Below the pieces are notes generated by a model. It was not told the origin of the DNA, did not search any database, and worked only from the letters and a program-made list of their open reading frames with translations. A stretch of DNA of 64,000 bases from an uncultured Holophaga sp. (GTDB lineage: Bacteria; Acidobacteriota; Holophagae; Holophagales; Holophagaceae). The position numbers and the translations under genes are program-made. Positions 10,249 through 19,768 of this stretch are shown in pieces; the first letter of the stretch is position 1; each line of letters starts with the position of its first letter. The stretch is taken from positions 448,001-512,000 of the forward strand of contig OY761614.1 in the NCBI GenBank assembly GCA_963664825.1, given 5' to 3'.

Positions 10249-10477
10249 GTTTTTTTTCATCCTGCCTCAAATGGATACACTGCGACAAGTTCGCAACAAC
10301 TTCGAGTCCCCCGGCCCCATTCGCTTTTATCCACCATGCTTGATTTCCGGTGGCTTTCCGGCCAGCCCTACTGGGTCGCGATTCCCACGCTTGGGGAGGA
10401 ATGAAAAAATACTGGGACCCGAAGCCCGCGACGCAAGCCACCCGGCGCGACGGACCTTCCGGCCACAGGAAGCGGTA

Positions 10478-11320
10478 TCAGTTCTTGGCGAACTTGGGCC
10501 GGGCCACCCGTTCCACTTCGTGGAGCTTCTTCAGGGAACTCTGGGGATCCTCCCGGGCCAGGGAGGTGGCCAAGCCGTGGGCCAGCACGCCGAAGGCCGC
10601 CAGGCTATGGGAGAAGAGCAGGTTCTTCCCGGGAATGGGGAGCGTGACATTGGCGATCTTGGCCAGGGGGGAATGGGGGCCATCCGTGAAGGCCAGCACC
10701 GGGATCCCCCGCTTGCGCGCGTAGGCCGCCGCATCCAGCGTCTCCCGGGTGTAGGGGGTGATGCTGATGGCGATGAGCAGATCCTTTGCACCCAGATTGC
10801 CCACCTGGCTGGCGAAATCCGCGGGACAGCCCTCCAGGGTGGGCAGCCCGGTGTTGATGAGGAGGTAGGCCAGCTGGCGGGTCATCAGCGCGGAAACGCC
10901 ATCCCCGATGGCCAGGCGGAACCGGCTCGCCTTGAGCAGCCGCGTGGCGCTCTGGAGGAGCTGCTCGTCCACGGCCTGCACCAGCAGTTCGATGTTGCGG
11001 ATATCCCGTCGGGCCACTTCCACCAGGGTCGCCGCCGCCTGGGCGGGCGCCTCCAGGAGCTGATCGCCGCGCTGGTAGTGGGTCTTGGCCGAATTGACGA
11101 GGGCCTTGCGCATCTCCAGGTAGCCCGAATAGCCCAGTTTCTTGGCGAAGCGCACCACGGTGGCCACGCAGGTATGGGATTCCTGGGAGAGTTCCTCCAC
11201 CCCCCAGAGGGCCGCTTCGTTCATGTTGGCCCGCAGGCAATCCGAGATGCGGCGCTGGCTGGCCGAAAGTTCCTTGGCGCCGTTCAATCGAGACAAGAGG
11301 GCAGGCTTCGAAATCGACAT
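10478..11320 (-). CDS. MurR/RpiR-family transcriptional regulator
   Basis: HTH ATVVRFAKKLGYSGY; SIS domain (DLLIAIS, GIPVLAFTD..SPLA). Confidence 0.9.
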   Translation of the reverse strand: MSISKPALLSRLNGAKELSASQRRISDCLRANMNEAALWGVEELSQESHTCVATVVRFAKKLGYSGYLEMRKALVNSAKTHYQRGDQLLEAPAQAAATLVEVARRDIRNIELLVQAVDEQLLQSATRLLKASRFRLAIGDGVSALMTRQLAYLLINTGLPTLEGCPADFASQVGNLGAKDLLIAISITPYTRETLDAAAYARKRGIPVLAFTDGPHSPLAKIANVTLPIPGKNLLFSHSLAAFGVLAHGLATSLAREDPQSSLKKLHEVERVARPKFAKN

Positions 11321-11384
11321 GGTTCCAGAGTAGCTCCATCCCAGGCGGCGGGACGGGGAACCCGCGGGGCCTCTTCCGACTTCC

Positions 11385-12290
11385 CTACTTCACGCTGAGG
11401 GCCGCCAACGCGATGGAGTAGAGCTTGGTCCGGGCCGAATCGCCCCGGCTGGAGAGCACGCAGGGGGCGTTGGCGCCCACCACCATGGCCGCCAGTTCGC
11501 AGCCCGCCAGCTTGGTGTTGGTCTTGTAGAAGACATTGCCCGCGTCGATATTGGCAAACATGAGGCAATCCGCATCCCCGGCCACGTTGCCCCGGACCCC
11601 CTTGGCCTTGGCGCTCTCGGGGTCGATGGACACGTCGAGGGCCATGGGCCCATCCACGAAGGCGCCCTTGATCTGGCCGCGCTCGGCCATCTTGCTGATG
11701 ACGGCCGCATGCACGGTGGCTTCGATGCCTTCGCTCACCTGCTCGGTGGCGCACACCAGCGCCACCTTGGGCTTCTCGATGCCCAGGGTGTGGGCCACGC
11801 CGATGAGGTAGTTGGTGATGGCCGTCTTCTGTTTGAGATCCGGATAGGGCAGCACCGCCACGTCCCCGCAGATGATCAGTTTGGGATAGCGGGCATTCTC
11901 GATGACCGTGACGTGGCTGAGCACGGCGCCGGGTTTCAGGAGGCCCTTTTCCTTGTTGAGGATGGCGCGCATGTATTTATCGGTGCTGAGGAGGCCCTTC
12001 ATGAGGATCTGCCCGTGCCCAGAGCGCACCAGCCCCACGGCCCGCGCCCCCGCAGCCGTATCTGTGGCCTCGTGGATGATCTCGAAGGCCGAGGCGTCGA
12101 TCCCCAGTTCGGCGCAGACCTTGTGGATCTGGGCCTCGTCACCCACCAGCGTGGCATCGATGATGCCCTGCTCCCGGGCCGCATTGACCGCCTCGAGGGT
12201 ATGGGCATCCACGGCCCAGGCCGCCACGAGCCGTTTCCTGTCCTTGGACTTCACGGCCTCAAGGATTTGGTCGAGCTTGGTGATCGGCAT
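11385..12290 (-). CDS. ptb: Phosphate acyltransferase (phosphate butyryltransferase-like)
   Basis: ILMKGLLST, DGPMALD, GDADCL, IDAGNVFYK, VLSSRGDS motifs. Confidence 0.8.
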   Translation of the reverse strand: MPITKLDQILEAVKSKDRKRLVAAWAVDAHTLEAVNAAREQGIIDATLVGDEAQIHKVCAELGIDASAFEIIHEATDTAAGARAVGLVRSGHGQILMKGLLSTDKYMRAILNKEKGLLKPGAVLSHVTVIENARYPKLIICGDVAVLPYPDLKQKTAITNYLIGVAHTLGIEKPKVALVCATEQVSEGIEATVHAAVISKMAERGQIKGAFVDGPMALDVSIDPESAKAKGVRGNVAGDADCLMFANIDAGNVFYKTNTKLAGCELAAMVVGANAPCVLSSRGDSARTKLYSIALAALSVK

Positions 12291-12455
12291 GGAATCTCCC
12301 AAAAATGAATGCGCTCAACTGCTGAGAATACCACTCCCACCGTGGCTCCCAGGGCCATCCGAGGCCCGTCCAGGGGTCATGTGATGCAAGTCATGCCCCC
12401 ACCCCTGGCATGGCCATCACGACCATTCGCTTAGACAATGAAAGCAGGAGACTCC

Positions 12456-13031
12456 ATGCCCCATCCCCTCGCCCTGGTCATCGGAGTCGGCCCCGGAATC
12501 GGTCTGGCCGTGGCCCGCCGCTTCGCCCAGGGTGGCTTCCGGGTGGCCCTGGTGGCCCAGCAGGAGGAGCGCCTCGAAGCCTTCAAGGCGGCCGTGGGCG
12601 GAACGGAGGTCCACGCCTTCGCGGCCGATGTGCGGGATGCCCAGGCTTTGGGGCGGGCCCTCGATCGAGTGAGGGAGGCCGCTGGCGAGCCCCATGTGCT
12701 CATCTACAACGCCTCCCTGGGACCTGCCGCCCCCGCCAGCCAACTCCCTTCCGAGGACCTGGCCGAGGCCTTCCGAGTCAATGTGCTCGGGGCCCTGGAG
12801 AGCGCCCGCAGAGTCATCCCCGCCCTGCGCGCCGCCGGGAAAGGCAGCCTTTTATTCACGGGCGGTGGGCTGGCGCTGGCGCCCCAGGCCCGGGAAGCCA
12901 GCCTCTCCATCGGCAAGGCGGGCCTGCGGGCCCTCGCCCTCTGCCTGGCGGAAGAACTCGAACCCGAAGGCATCCATGTCGCCACCGTCACCGTCGCCGG
13001 ATTCGTCAACGGGGTACGAGCCATCGCGTAG
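12456..13031 (+). CDS. Short-chain dehydrogenase/reductase, apparently truncated at the C-terminus
   Basis: IGVGPGIG Rossmann motif, LIYNA, TGGG, GIHVATVTV; the ORF stops about 10 codons after this last strand; AGGAG RBS at 12446. Confidence 0.7.
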   Translation: MPHPLALVIGVGPGIGLAVARRFAQGGFRVALVAQQEERLEAFKAAVGGTEVHAFAADVRDAQALGRALDRVREAAGEPHVLIYNASLGPAAPASQLPSEDLAEAFRVNVLGALESARRVIPALRAAGKGSLLFTGGGLALAPQAREASLSIGKAGLRALALCLAEELEPEGIHVATVTVAGFVNGVRAIA

Positions 13032-13207
13032 CCATACCGAAAAGCCTTCTTCAACTTTGATGAACGCAGATTAGGCCTGCGCAGAAGGAATGAGGGCAGG
13101 GGCGGAAGGGGTAAATTCCAGATCCTTATCTTTGAAAAACGAGTTGTCAGCCACTATCGAATGAGGTGTGCTAGGATGAATTCATAATTTCCCAAAGCCG
13201 AATATTC

Positions 13208-15862
13208 ATGGATACCTCAACCATCTGGGCGAAATCAGGCGATGCCGCCGGGGGCGCCTATCTCCCCCTATCGCTTCATCTCATCGATGTGGCTTGCTGC
13301 GCAGATGCCATCCTCGACCTCGAGCCCGAGTCGACCCGTGAACGCATGGGCGCCTGCCTGGGTTTGCCCTGGGAACAGGCACGGCCATGGGTCCTCCTTC
13401 TCGTCGCTTGCCATGACATCGGGAAGGCCTGCGCGCCCTTCCAGGCAAAGTGGGCTGCCGGGCGCACCGCGATCGAAGCCGGGGGCCTTCGTTTTCCTCC
13501 CGCAGTTGATACTCACATCAACCACGCTTGGGTAAGCCAGGCCTACCTGGAGGAGGAACTCACCCATTGTGGATGGCCGTCGGCACTTGCCACGCTAGCT
13601 GCTGATGCCGTTGGATGCCACCACGGCGAGCGGGCCGGAGAATCCCGCCTCAGCCACTTGCGAGATAACCGCTACGTTTGGCAAGACTCTGTCTGGGCCC
13701 AGGCTCGGGACCTCCTATTCAAGGCCCTTCTTGGTTTATTCAAGCCCGGCCTCCCGCCTCCTCGGGAATGCCTCGATGGGCCCGATTTCATGTTGTTGTC
13801 AGGCCTGACCAGCTTTGCCGATTGGATCGGCTCCAGCGAAGTGCACTTCCCCTTCGGAAACCTCACGGATTGCCAGGATCTGGAAGGTTGGTGGAAGACG
13901 AGGCTGGTCGCAGCAAATGAGGCCCTGGCCAGCATTGGCTGGTCACCACGCACACCGCTCTTCCATACCGACTTGGACTTCCAGGAAGTGTTTCAGTTTC
14001 CTCCACGCCCCCTGCAAGAAGCCGTCGCACAGGCTGTGGAAACAGTCTCGGGTCCATGCGTCCTGCTCGTGGAAGCCCCCATGGGAGAAGGCAAGACCGA
14101 GGCCGCCTTCTTCGCCCACGGCCAGCTTCAGCGGCGTTTCGGCCATCGAGGACTCTATGTCGCCCTCCCCACCAAAGCCACCGGCAACGCCATGTTCGCA
14201 AGGACCATCGCGTTCATCACCCAGCAGGCACCCGAGCGAACGGTTGACCTCCAGCTCCTCCATGGGGCGACTGAGCTTAACGAGCGATTCCAGGAACTCC
14301 GACAAATTTCCATCCTGGATCCGGAAGGCGAAGGCCGAATGCGGGCGGGAGAGTGGTTCACGCACCGCAAACGCGCCCTGCTCTCCGAATATGGCGTTGG
14401 AACCGTGGATCAGGCCCTCCTTCCGATCCTGCCGGTTCGGCATCAGTTCGTCAGACTCTGGGGTCTCGCCAACCGCGTGGTGATCTTCGATGAGATCCAC
14501 GCCTATGACACCTACACAGGCACTCTGATGATCCATCTCATCCAATGGCTGGTCGCCCTTGGTTCCTCAGTGGTGCTCCTCTCTGCGACCCTGCCTCCAA
14601 AAATCCGCCGATGCCTTGCAAGCATCCTGGGCGCTTCCATGCCGGACGAGGAGACTCCTTATCCTCGCCTCACGGTGATCCAGTCGGGAAACGTGCACCA
14701 GGTCCACTTCGAGGCCGATCCGAACCGGAGGCGCACTCTCCAGGTGCAAGCCATCTCTGCCGACCTCACATCCATCCAGGCTGCTCTGGAATGTCGGCTC
14801 GGATCTCGCGGATATGCGTTGGCCCTGCTCAATACCGTCCAGCGCGCCCAGGCACTCTACAGCCTTTACCCCGCAGGAGAACCCATCCTCGTCGGAGAGG
14901 TCCAGGTCGGCAAGCGTTTGCCAGATGGCACGGAAGTGCTGCTCTTCCATGCGCGCTTCCCGGCTGACCTCCGCCAGATCCGGGAGAACCATGTCATCGA
15001 GACCTTCGGAAAGAAGGCCACCCGCACCACGCGCCGCATCCTCATTGCGACCCAAGTAGCAGAGCAGAGCCTCGACCTGGACTTCGATCTGATGCTGACG
15101 GACCTAGCGCCCATCGACCTCATCCTCCAGCGAGCGGGTCGGCTTTGGCGGCACGAACGGGAGAACCGACCCGCAAAGACGCCCATCCTGCTGATTGCGG
15201 GCTTGGAGGGTCCCGAGCCGCCCTCTTTCGGCACCCCCTTGTGGTGGGGTGCCGTCTACCGCGAGGATGTCTTGCTTCGCACCTGGGCGCTGCTGAAGAA
15301 TCGGGACAGCCTCACCCTTCCAGACGAGATCGACACGCTTGTCATGGCGGTCTACGAGGACGGAGTCCCGATTCCAGATTCCCTGATCCCCCGGTTGGAC
15401 GTCGCCATTCAAGAGTCGCTAGGCAAGGGTTATGCAGAACGGACCAAGGCTCTCATGGCCACCATTGGTTCTCCAGACGACAGTTCCTGGAATGACCCTT
15501 CGCGCTACATCAAGGCCGACGAGGATGAGCCCGGCCTCCACCCCAGCCTACGCGCCCTCACGCGCCTGGGGGACGAATCCGTGACGGTCATCCCGATCCG
15601 GGACAGCGAGGACTTCCACCCCGCTCAGATCCCGAGTGCCCCTCAGGCCCGAGCCTGGTCCCTCCGATCGCTCAGTCTGAGTCGAAAGCAAATCGTCAAG
15701 CAGCTCCAGGCCCAGGGGATCCCAGAGGGATGGCAGCAATCCTCCCTGCTCCGCCATAGCTACCCGATGCACCTGGACGCGGAAGGCCGCTGGCACGAAA
15801 ACCCGCTCGTCCACTTGGATGAGGCCCTTGGGTTGGTGTTCGAGACAAAGGAGGTCCATTGA
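13208..15862 (+). CDS. cas3: CRISPR-associated helicase/nuclease Cas3
   Basis: HD domain (HLIDV, CHDIGK, HHG, FADWIGS); APMGEGKT, DEIH, SATLP, QVAEQSLDLDFD, QRAGRLWRH. Confidence 0.97.
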   Translation: MDTSTIWAKSGDAAGGAYLPLSLHLIDVACCADAILDLEPESTRERMGACLGLPWEQARPWVLLLVACHDIGKACAPFQAKWAAGRTAIEAGGLRFPPAVDTHINHAWVSQAYLEEELTHCGWPSALATLAADAVGCHHGERAGESRLSHLRDNRYVWQDSVWAQARDLLFKALLGLFKPGLPPPRECLDGPDFMLLSGLTSFADWIGSSEVHFPFGNLTDCQDLEGWWKTRLVAANEALASIGWSPRTPLFHTDLDFQEVFQFPPRPLQEAVAQAVETVSGPCVLLVEAPMGEGKTEAAFFAHGQLQRRFGHRGLYVALPTKATGNAMFARTIAFITQQAPERTVDLQLLHGATELNERFQELRQISILDPEGEGRMRAGEWFTHRKRALLSEYGVGTVDQALLPILPVRHQFVRLWGLANRVVIFDEIHAYDTYTGTLMIHLIQWLVALGSSVVLLSATLPPKIRRCLASILGASMPDEETPYPRLTVIQSGNVHQVHFEADPNRRRTLQVQAISADLTSIQAALECRLGSRGYALALLNTVQRAQALYSLYPAGEPILVGEVQVGKRLPDGTEVLLFHARFPADLRQIRENHVIETFGKKATRTTRRILIATQVAEQSLDLDFDLMLTDLAPIDLILQRAGRLWRHERENRPAKTPILLIAGLEGPEPPSFGTPLWWGAVYREDVLLRTWALLKNRDSLTLPDEIDTLVMAVYEDGVPIPDSLIPRLDVAIQESLGKGYAERTKALMATIGSPDDSSWNDPSRYIKADEDEPGLHPSLRALTRLGDESVTVIPIRDSEDFHPAQIPSAPQARAWSLRSLSLSRKQIVKQLQAQGIPEGWQQSSLLRHSYPMHLDAEGRWHENPLVHLDEALGLVFETKEVH

Positions 15863-17382
15863 AAGAATTCAACCTCATCGACGAAGCCTGGATCCCTGTG
15901 CGTTTCCAGGACGGGAGCCGCGGCGAGTTCGGTATTCTTGAAACCCTCCGAAGAGCACCGGATATCGCCGCCCTCGAAGATCCATCTCCCCTGGTGACCG
16001 CCGCACTCCATCGCCTGCTGCTCGCCGTGCTCTACCGTGCCCTTCGCGGCCCCTGCGACATCGACGAAGCCAGAGCCCTCTTCAAGAGTGGGCTTCCGAT
16101 GGATCGGATTGAAGCCTATCTCCAAGAGTGGCGTCATCGATTCGGGCTATTCAACGAGACGCATCCGTTTGGGCAGATCCCGGATTTCGAACCAAAATCG
16201 TGGCGAGCCTGGACCGTGCTGGCCGCTGAGCACAACGCCGACAACGCGAAGGTTCTCTTCGACCATATCGATGTCCAGGCACCCGGGAGCATCCCTGAAG
16301 CCGAAGCGACTCGGTGGTTGATGGCCACCCAAACCTTTTCCGTAAGCTGCGGGAAGAGTGAACTCTCTCACACGGGAACCGCGCCATCCGCGACGGCAGC
16401 CCTCCTGCTCCCACTTGGGATGAACCTCCAGGACACTTTGCTCCTCTCGCTTGTACCTCAGAGTCGGCATCTGATCGAAGACGACCTGCCCATTTGGGAG
16501 CGAGAACCTGAGCGAGTGGAGGAGCTCAAGCAAGGAATCGAACGTGAGAGTTGCGGTCTAGCCGACCGATATACCTGGCGGACAAGGTCCGTCAGATTCC
16601 AGCCCGATGGTGAAGGGATCAAGAATCTGGCCTTTGCCTCTGGAATCCAATCCACTTCGCAGGACCAGCTGGACCCCATGCAGGCCTACCGAGAAATTAA
16701 GGACAAAGGCTTACTTCCCCTGGCGTTTCAGGAACGAGGGCTATGGCGTGAATTTGATACCCTACTGCCCGATCAAAATGATCATTCCCCCCAAAACATT
16801 CGCCACGCTGTGGAAGTTTCAAAGGGCTTTCCTGCACGCTTTCCGGCCACAGTGCTCATCCTTGGTCAGAGCAATAACAAGGCCAAGATCGAGTATTGGC
16901 GCATGGAGCGGTTCGCCCTTCCACGGTCCATTCTTGGCGCACGATTCGTTCGGGAGGACATCCGTTCGTTCCTCAATCAGGCCCAGACCAGCCAGTCTGC
17001 CCTCTGGTCCGCTTGCAGCACCTACGCCCGCCTTCTGATTGCCCGCGGAGAGCGCAGCCCTGACAAGAAGGACATCCGTGCCTTCGTGGATCAGATGCCC
17101 TGCATACCCGCCTACTGGTCCAGCCTGGAAGCGGCCTTCCATGCCCTTCTCCAGGTCTACACGGAGGAGGCGATCTTCGAGGTCATCCGTCGAAGTTGGC
17201 TGTATTCCGTGCGGGAGGCCCTCCGCGATGCATGGAATCTCCATCGGCAGTCTGCCCGCACGGGTGATGCCTGGGCCATTCGTGCCCTGGTCCGGGCCGA
17301 AGGCTACATCGGTGCGGAGCTGAAAAAGTTGGATGCCGTCATCCGGGAAATCGATGCGGATCTGGAAAAGGAGAAAGCATGA
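15859..17382 (+). CDS. cse1: Type I-E Cascade large subunit Cas8e/Cse1
   Basis: FNLIDEAWIPV N-terminus, ALHRLLLAVL, HPFGQ; follows cas3 with an overlapping TTG start. Confidence 0.92.
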   Translation: MKEFNLIDEAWIPVRFQDGSRGEFGILETLRRAPDIAALEDPSPLVTAALHRLLLAVLYRALRGPCDIDEARALFKSGLPMDRIEAYLQEWRHRFGLFNETHPFGQIPDFEPKSWRAWTVLAAEHNADNAKVLFDHIDVQAPGSIPEAEATRWLMATQTFSVSCGKSELSHTGTAPSATAALLLPLGMNLQDTLLLSLVPQSRHLIEDDLPIWEREPERVEELKQGIERESCGLADRYTWRTRSVRFQPDGEGIKNLAFASGIQSTSQDQLDPMQAYREIKDKGLLPLAFQERGLWREFDTLLPDQNDHSPQNIRHAVEVSKGFPARFPATVLILGQSNNKAKIEYWRMERFALPRSILGARFVREDIRSFLNQAQTSQSALWSACSTYARLLIARGERSPDKKDIRAFVDQMPCIPAYWSSLEAAFHALLQVYTEEAIFEVIRRSWLYSVREALRDAWNLHRQSARTGDAWAIRALVRAEGYIGAELKKLDAVIREIDADLEKEKA

Positions 17383-17900
17383 GCACGTTCATCGAATGGC
17401 TGGAGGCCAGGCAGGCCGAGGATACTCGTGTTCGCGCTGTGTTGAAGCGAAGCCTTGCCTTCGAACCAGGTACGTACGTGCCAGCATTCCCTTGGGTGGA
17501 GCCCTTCCTTCAGGGACCCGAAAGACCATGGCGCAGGAAGGCCCATTACCTCGTGGCAGGACTCTGGGCAGCCCAATGGCGCGAAGGCCAAACAATGCCA
17601 GGGTGCACCCTTGGCCGAGTCGCCGCGATGTACCAGAACGATCGAAAGGCGGGCAGTACGGAGCGGCGCTTCATCACGCTCCTGGATGCCGACGAGGACC
17701 AGCTTCCCCACAGGCTTCGCCAGATGGTTGCCTTGCTTAAGGAATACACCCTCGACTTCGAAGATCTCCTTTCATCCCTTCTTCACTGGCAGGACGACAC
17801 CAAGTGGGTCCAGAACGCCATGGCCCGCGACTTCTATCGAAACCTCCACACCAATGGCGACATGAGCGCTCAAACCACACCTTCCGAGGAGAACCTCTGA
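17379..17900 (+). CDS. cse2: Type I-E small subunit Cas11/Cse2
   Basis: RAVLKRSL, STERRFITLLDA, LPHRLRQMVALLK, ARDFY; operon position. Confidence 0.92.
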   Translation: MSTFIEWLEARQAEDTRVRAVLKRSLAFEPGTYVPAFPWVEPFLQGPERPWRRKAHYLVAGLWAAQWREGQTMPGCTLGRVAAMYQNDRKAGSTERRFITLLDADEDQLPHRLRQMVALLKEYTLDFEDLLSSLLHWQDDTKWVQNAMARDFYRNLHTNGDMSAQTTPSEENL

Positions 17901-19060
17901 TGAAGACCCTGATCGAGATCCACGCCCTGCAGAACTACGCTCCTTCCAACCTCAACCGGGACGACACCGGTGCTCCGAAGGATGCTTTCTTCGGCGGAAC
18001 CCGCCGGGCGCGAATCAGCAGCCAGTGTCTCAAAAGAGCCGTGCGCCAGCACTTTTCGGCACTCGTGGAGACAGGCGCCTTGGTTCAAGATGACTTGGCC
18101 GCTCGGACCAAGCGCATCACCGAATCCCTCACGAAGCGTCTCGTAGCGCTTGGTCACGACGAAGCGGAAGCCGAGAACAAGACCCGCCTCGCCCTCGCAG
18201 CCATGGAACTGAGCGTCAAGGAGGATGGAAAGACCGAATGCCTGCTCTTCCTCGGGCAACGCGAAATCACCGGAATCGCAGATATCATCCACGAGAAATG
18301 GGATGTTCTCATCGCTTCCGAAGCACCTGTGGCTGAGGGAAAGAAGGCTGGGAAAGCCAAAAAGCAGGCCGCCCAAGGCGCTGATCCTGAACTCAAGAAG
18401 GCCCTCGACAAAGTCTTCAATGGCGGCAAGGCCCTGGACGTAGCCCTCTTCGGCCGCATGTTGGCCGACATGCCAAAGAAGAACCAGGAGGCCGCCTGCC
18501 AGGTAGCCCATGCGATCTCCACGCACGCGGTCGAGCGTGAATTCGATTTCTACACGGCCGTGGACGACCTGAAACCTGATGACACAGCCGGGGCGGACAT
18601 GATGGGCACGGTGGAATTCAATTCCGCCTGCTTCTACCGCTATGCGGTCCTTGACTGGACCAAGCTTGTAGAAAACCTCCAGCAGGATGAAGACCTCGCT
18701 TCCAAGGGCCTCCAAGCCTTCCTGCATGGCTTCGTGCTGAGCGAACCCACGGGCAAACAGAACAGTTTTGCCGCCCACAACCCGCCTGAATTCGTGGCAA
18801 TCACCGTGCGCCGGAATGGCGCACCCAGGAATCTTGCCAATGCTTTTGAGATGGCCCTGCGAGTGAAGAAGGGCGATTCCATCACCCGCCTTTCGGCCGA
18901 GAAGCTCGCCCAGAAAGCCTGTCAGTTCAGGACTGCCTTCGGCGGTGAGGATACGACCTATGTCCTCAATCTGGTGGACGCAGGCATCGACGGATTCGGA
19001 ACCACTGTCGACTCTCTCGACAAGCTGGTCGAGGCATCTATGAAGGCCGTGAGGTCCTGA
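17900..19060 (+). CDS. cas7: Type I-E backbone Cas7/Cse4
   Basis: IEIHALQNYAPSNLNRDDTGAPK, RISSQCLKRAVR, ALFGRM, DFYTAVDD, PTGKQNSFA; ATG overlaps the cse2 stop. Confidence 0.96.
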   Translation: MKTLIEIHALQNYAPSNLNRDDTGAPKDAFFGGTRRARISSQCLKRAVRQHFSALVETGALVQDDLAARTKRITESLTKRLVALGHDEAEAENKTRLALAAMELSVKEDGKTECLLFLGQREITGIADIIHEKWDVLIASEAPVAEGKKAGKAKKQAAQGADPELKKALDKVFNGGKALDVALFGRMLADMPKKNQEAACQVAHAISTHAVEREFDFYTAVDDLKPDDTAGADMMGTVEFNSACFYRYAVLDWTKLVENLQQDEDLASKGLQAFLHGFVLSEPTGKQNSFAAHNPPEFVAITVRRNGAPRNLANAFEMALRVKKGDSITRLSAEKLAQKACQFRTAFGGEDTTYVLNLVDAGIDGFGTTVDSLDKLVEASMKAVRS

Positions 19061-19768
19061 ATGGCGACCCTCCTTCTGCGCCTAGCAGGGCCCATGCAAT
19101 CCTGGGGCACCACCAGTCGCTTCGATGAGCGGGACACCGGGCGGGAACCGAGCAAGTCGGGCATCCTTGGCCTGCTCGCCGCCGCCTTGGGCATCGACCG
19201 CGAGAACTGGGTGGATCTGGAACCGCTCACTCGTCTAGCCATGGGTGTGCGGCATGACAGGCCCGGGCATCCAGCCAAGGACTACCAGACAGCCGGATGT
19301 TCCAGGTCCGATACGATCATCCGGGCAGACGGTTCCCCGGCCAAGGATGGCGGAGTGGTCTCCACCCGCCATTACCTCGCCGACGCCGCCTTTCTGGTGG
19401 CCCTGGAATCGCCCAGCCGCAATCTACTGGAACGCCTCCATGCCGTGCTCCAAGACCCCACATGGCCTCTGGCTCTGGGGCGCAAGTCCTATCTGCCTTC
19501 GGAGCCAATCTGGCTTCCTGATGACTCAAACCCCATCCAGGAAGCCCCACTCCGGGACGTGCTGACCCGGCAGCCCTGGATGACCAAGCGCCGCAAGGAG
19601 GAACCTCTCCCGGAGCGCCTGCGCCTGTCCCTTGAGTCCCCGGATGGTACCGGCTCCCTCCGCATGGATCAGTTGCTGTCTTCCTTCGCGGAACGGCGCT
19701 TTGGGGCCCGGTTCATCACCTCTGAATGGATCCCGTTCCCGGGGGAGGCTGCCAATGTTCCTGCATAG
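19061..19768 (+). CDS. cas5: Type I-E Cas5
   Basis: LLLRLAGPMQSWG, PSKSGILGLLAAALG, RHYLADAAF, LGRKS. Confidence 0.96.
   Translation: MATLLLRLAGPMQSWGTTSRFDERDTGREPSKSGILGLLAAALGIDRENWVDLEPLTRLAMGVRHDRPGHPAKDYQTAGCSRSDTIIRADGSPAKDGGVVSTRHYLADAAFLVALESPSRNLLERLHAVLQDPTWPLALGRKSYLPSEPIWLPDDSNPIQEAPLRDVLTRQPWMTKRRKEEPLPERLRLSLESPDGTGSLRMDQLLSSFAERRFGARFITSEWIPFPGEAANVPA

Noticed and set aside
10405..10470. GACGCAAGCC resembling a c-di-GMP-I riboswitch
   Set aside because: Lacks the GGCAAAC/GAAA P2 and P3 elements and is on the wrong strand for the downstream operon
8213..11398. 1061-aa plus-strand ORF, and similar long ORFs such as 28849-30753, 35764-37611 and 51351-53204
   Set aside because: Antisense shadows of real genes in high-GC DNA, with no recognisable motifs
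12380..12395. CRP/FNR-like TGTGA-N6-TCATG between ptb and the SDR gene
   Set aside because: The second half-site is weak; not supportable without comparative data
13145..13170. TGTCAGCCACTATC upstream of cas3 as a partner IS end
   Set aside because: Same orientation as the end at 28342, only 6 bp shared, and lacks the TGACCCC motifs
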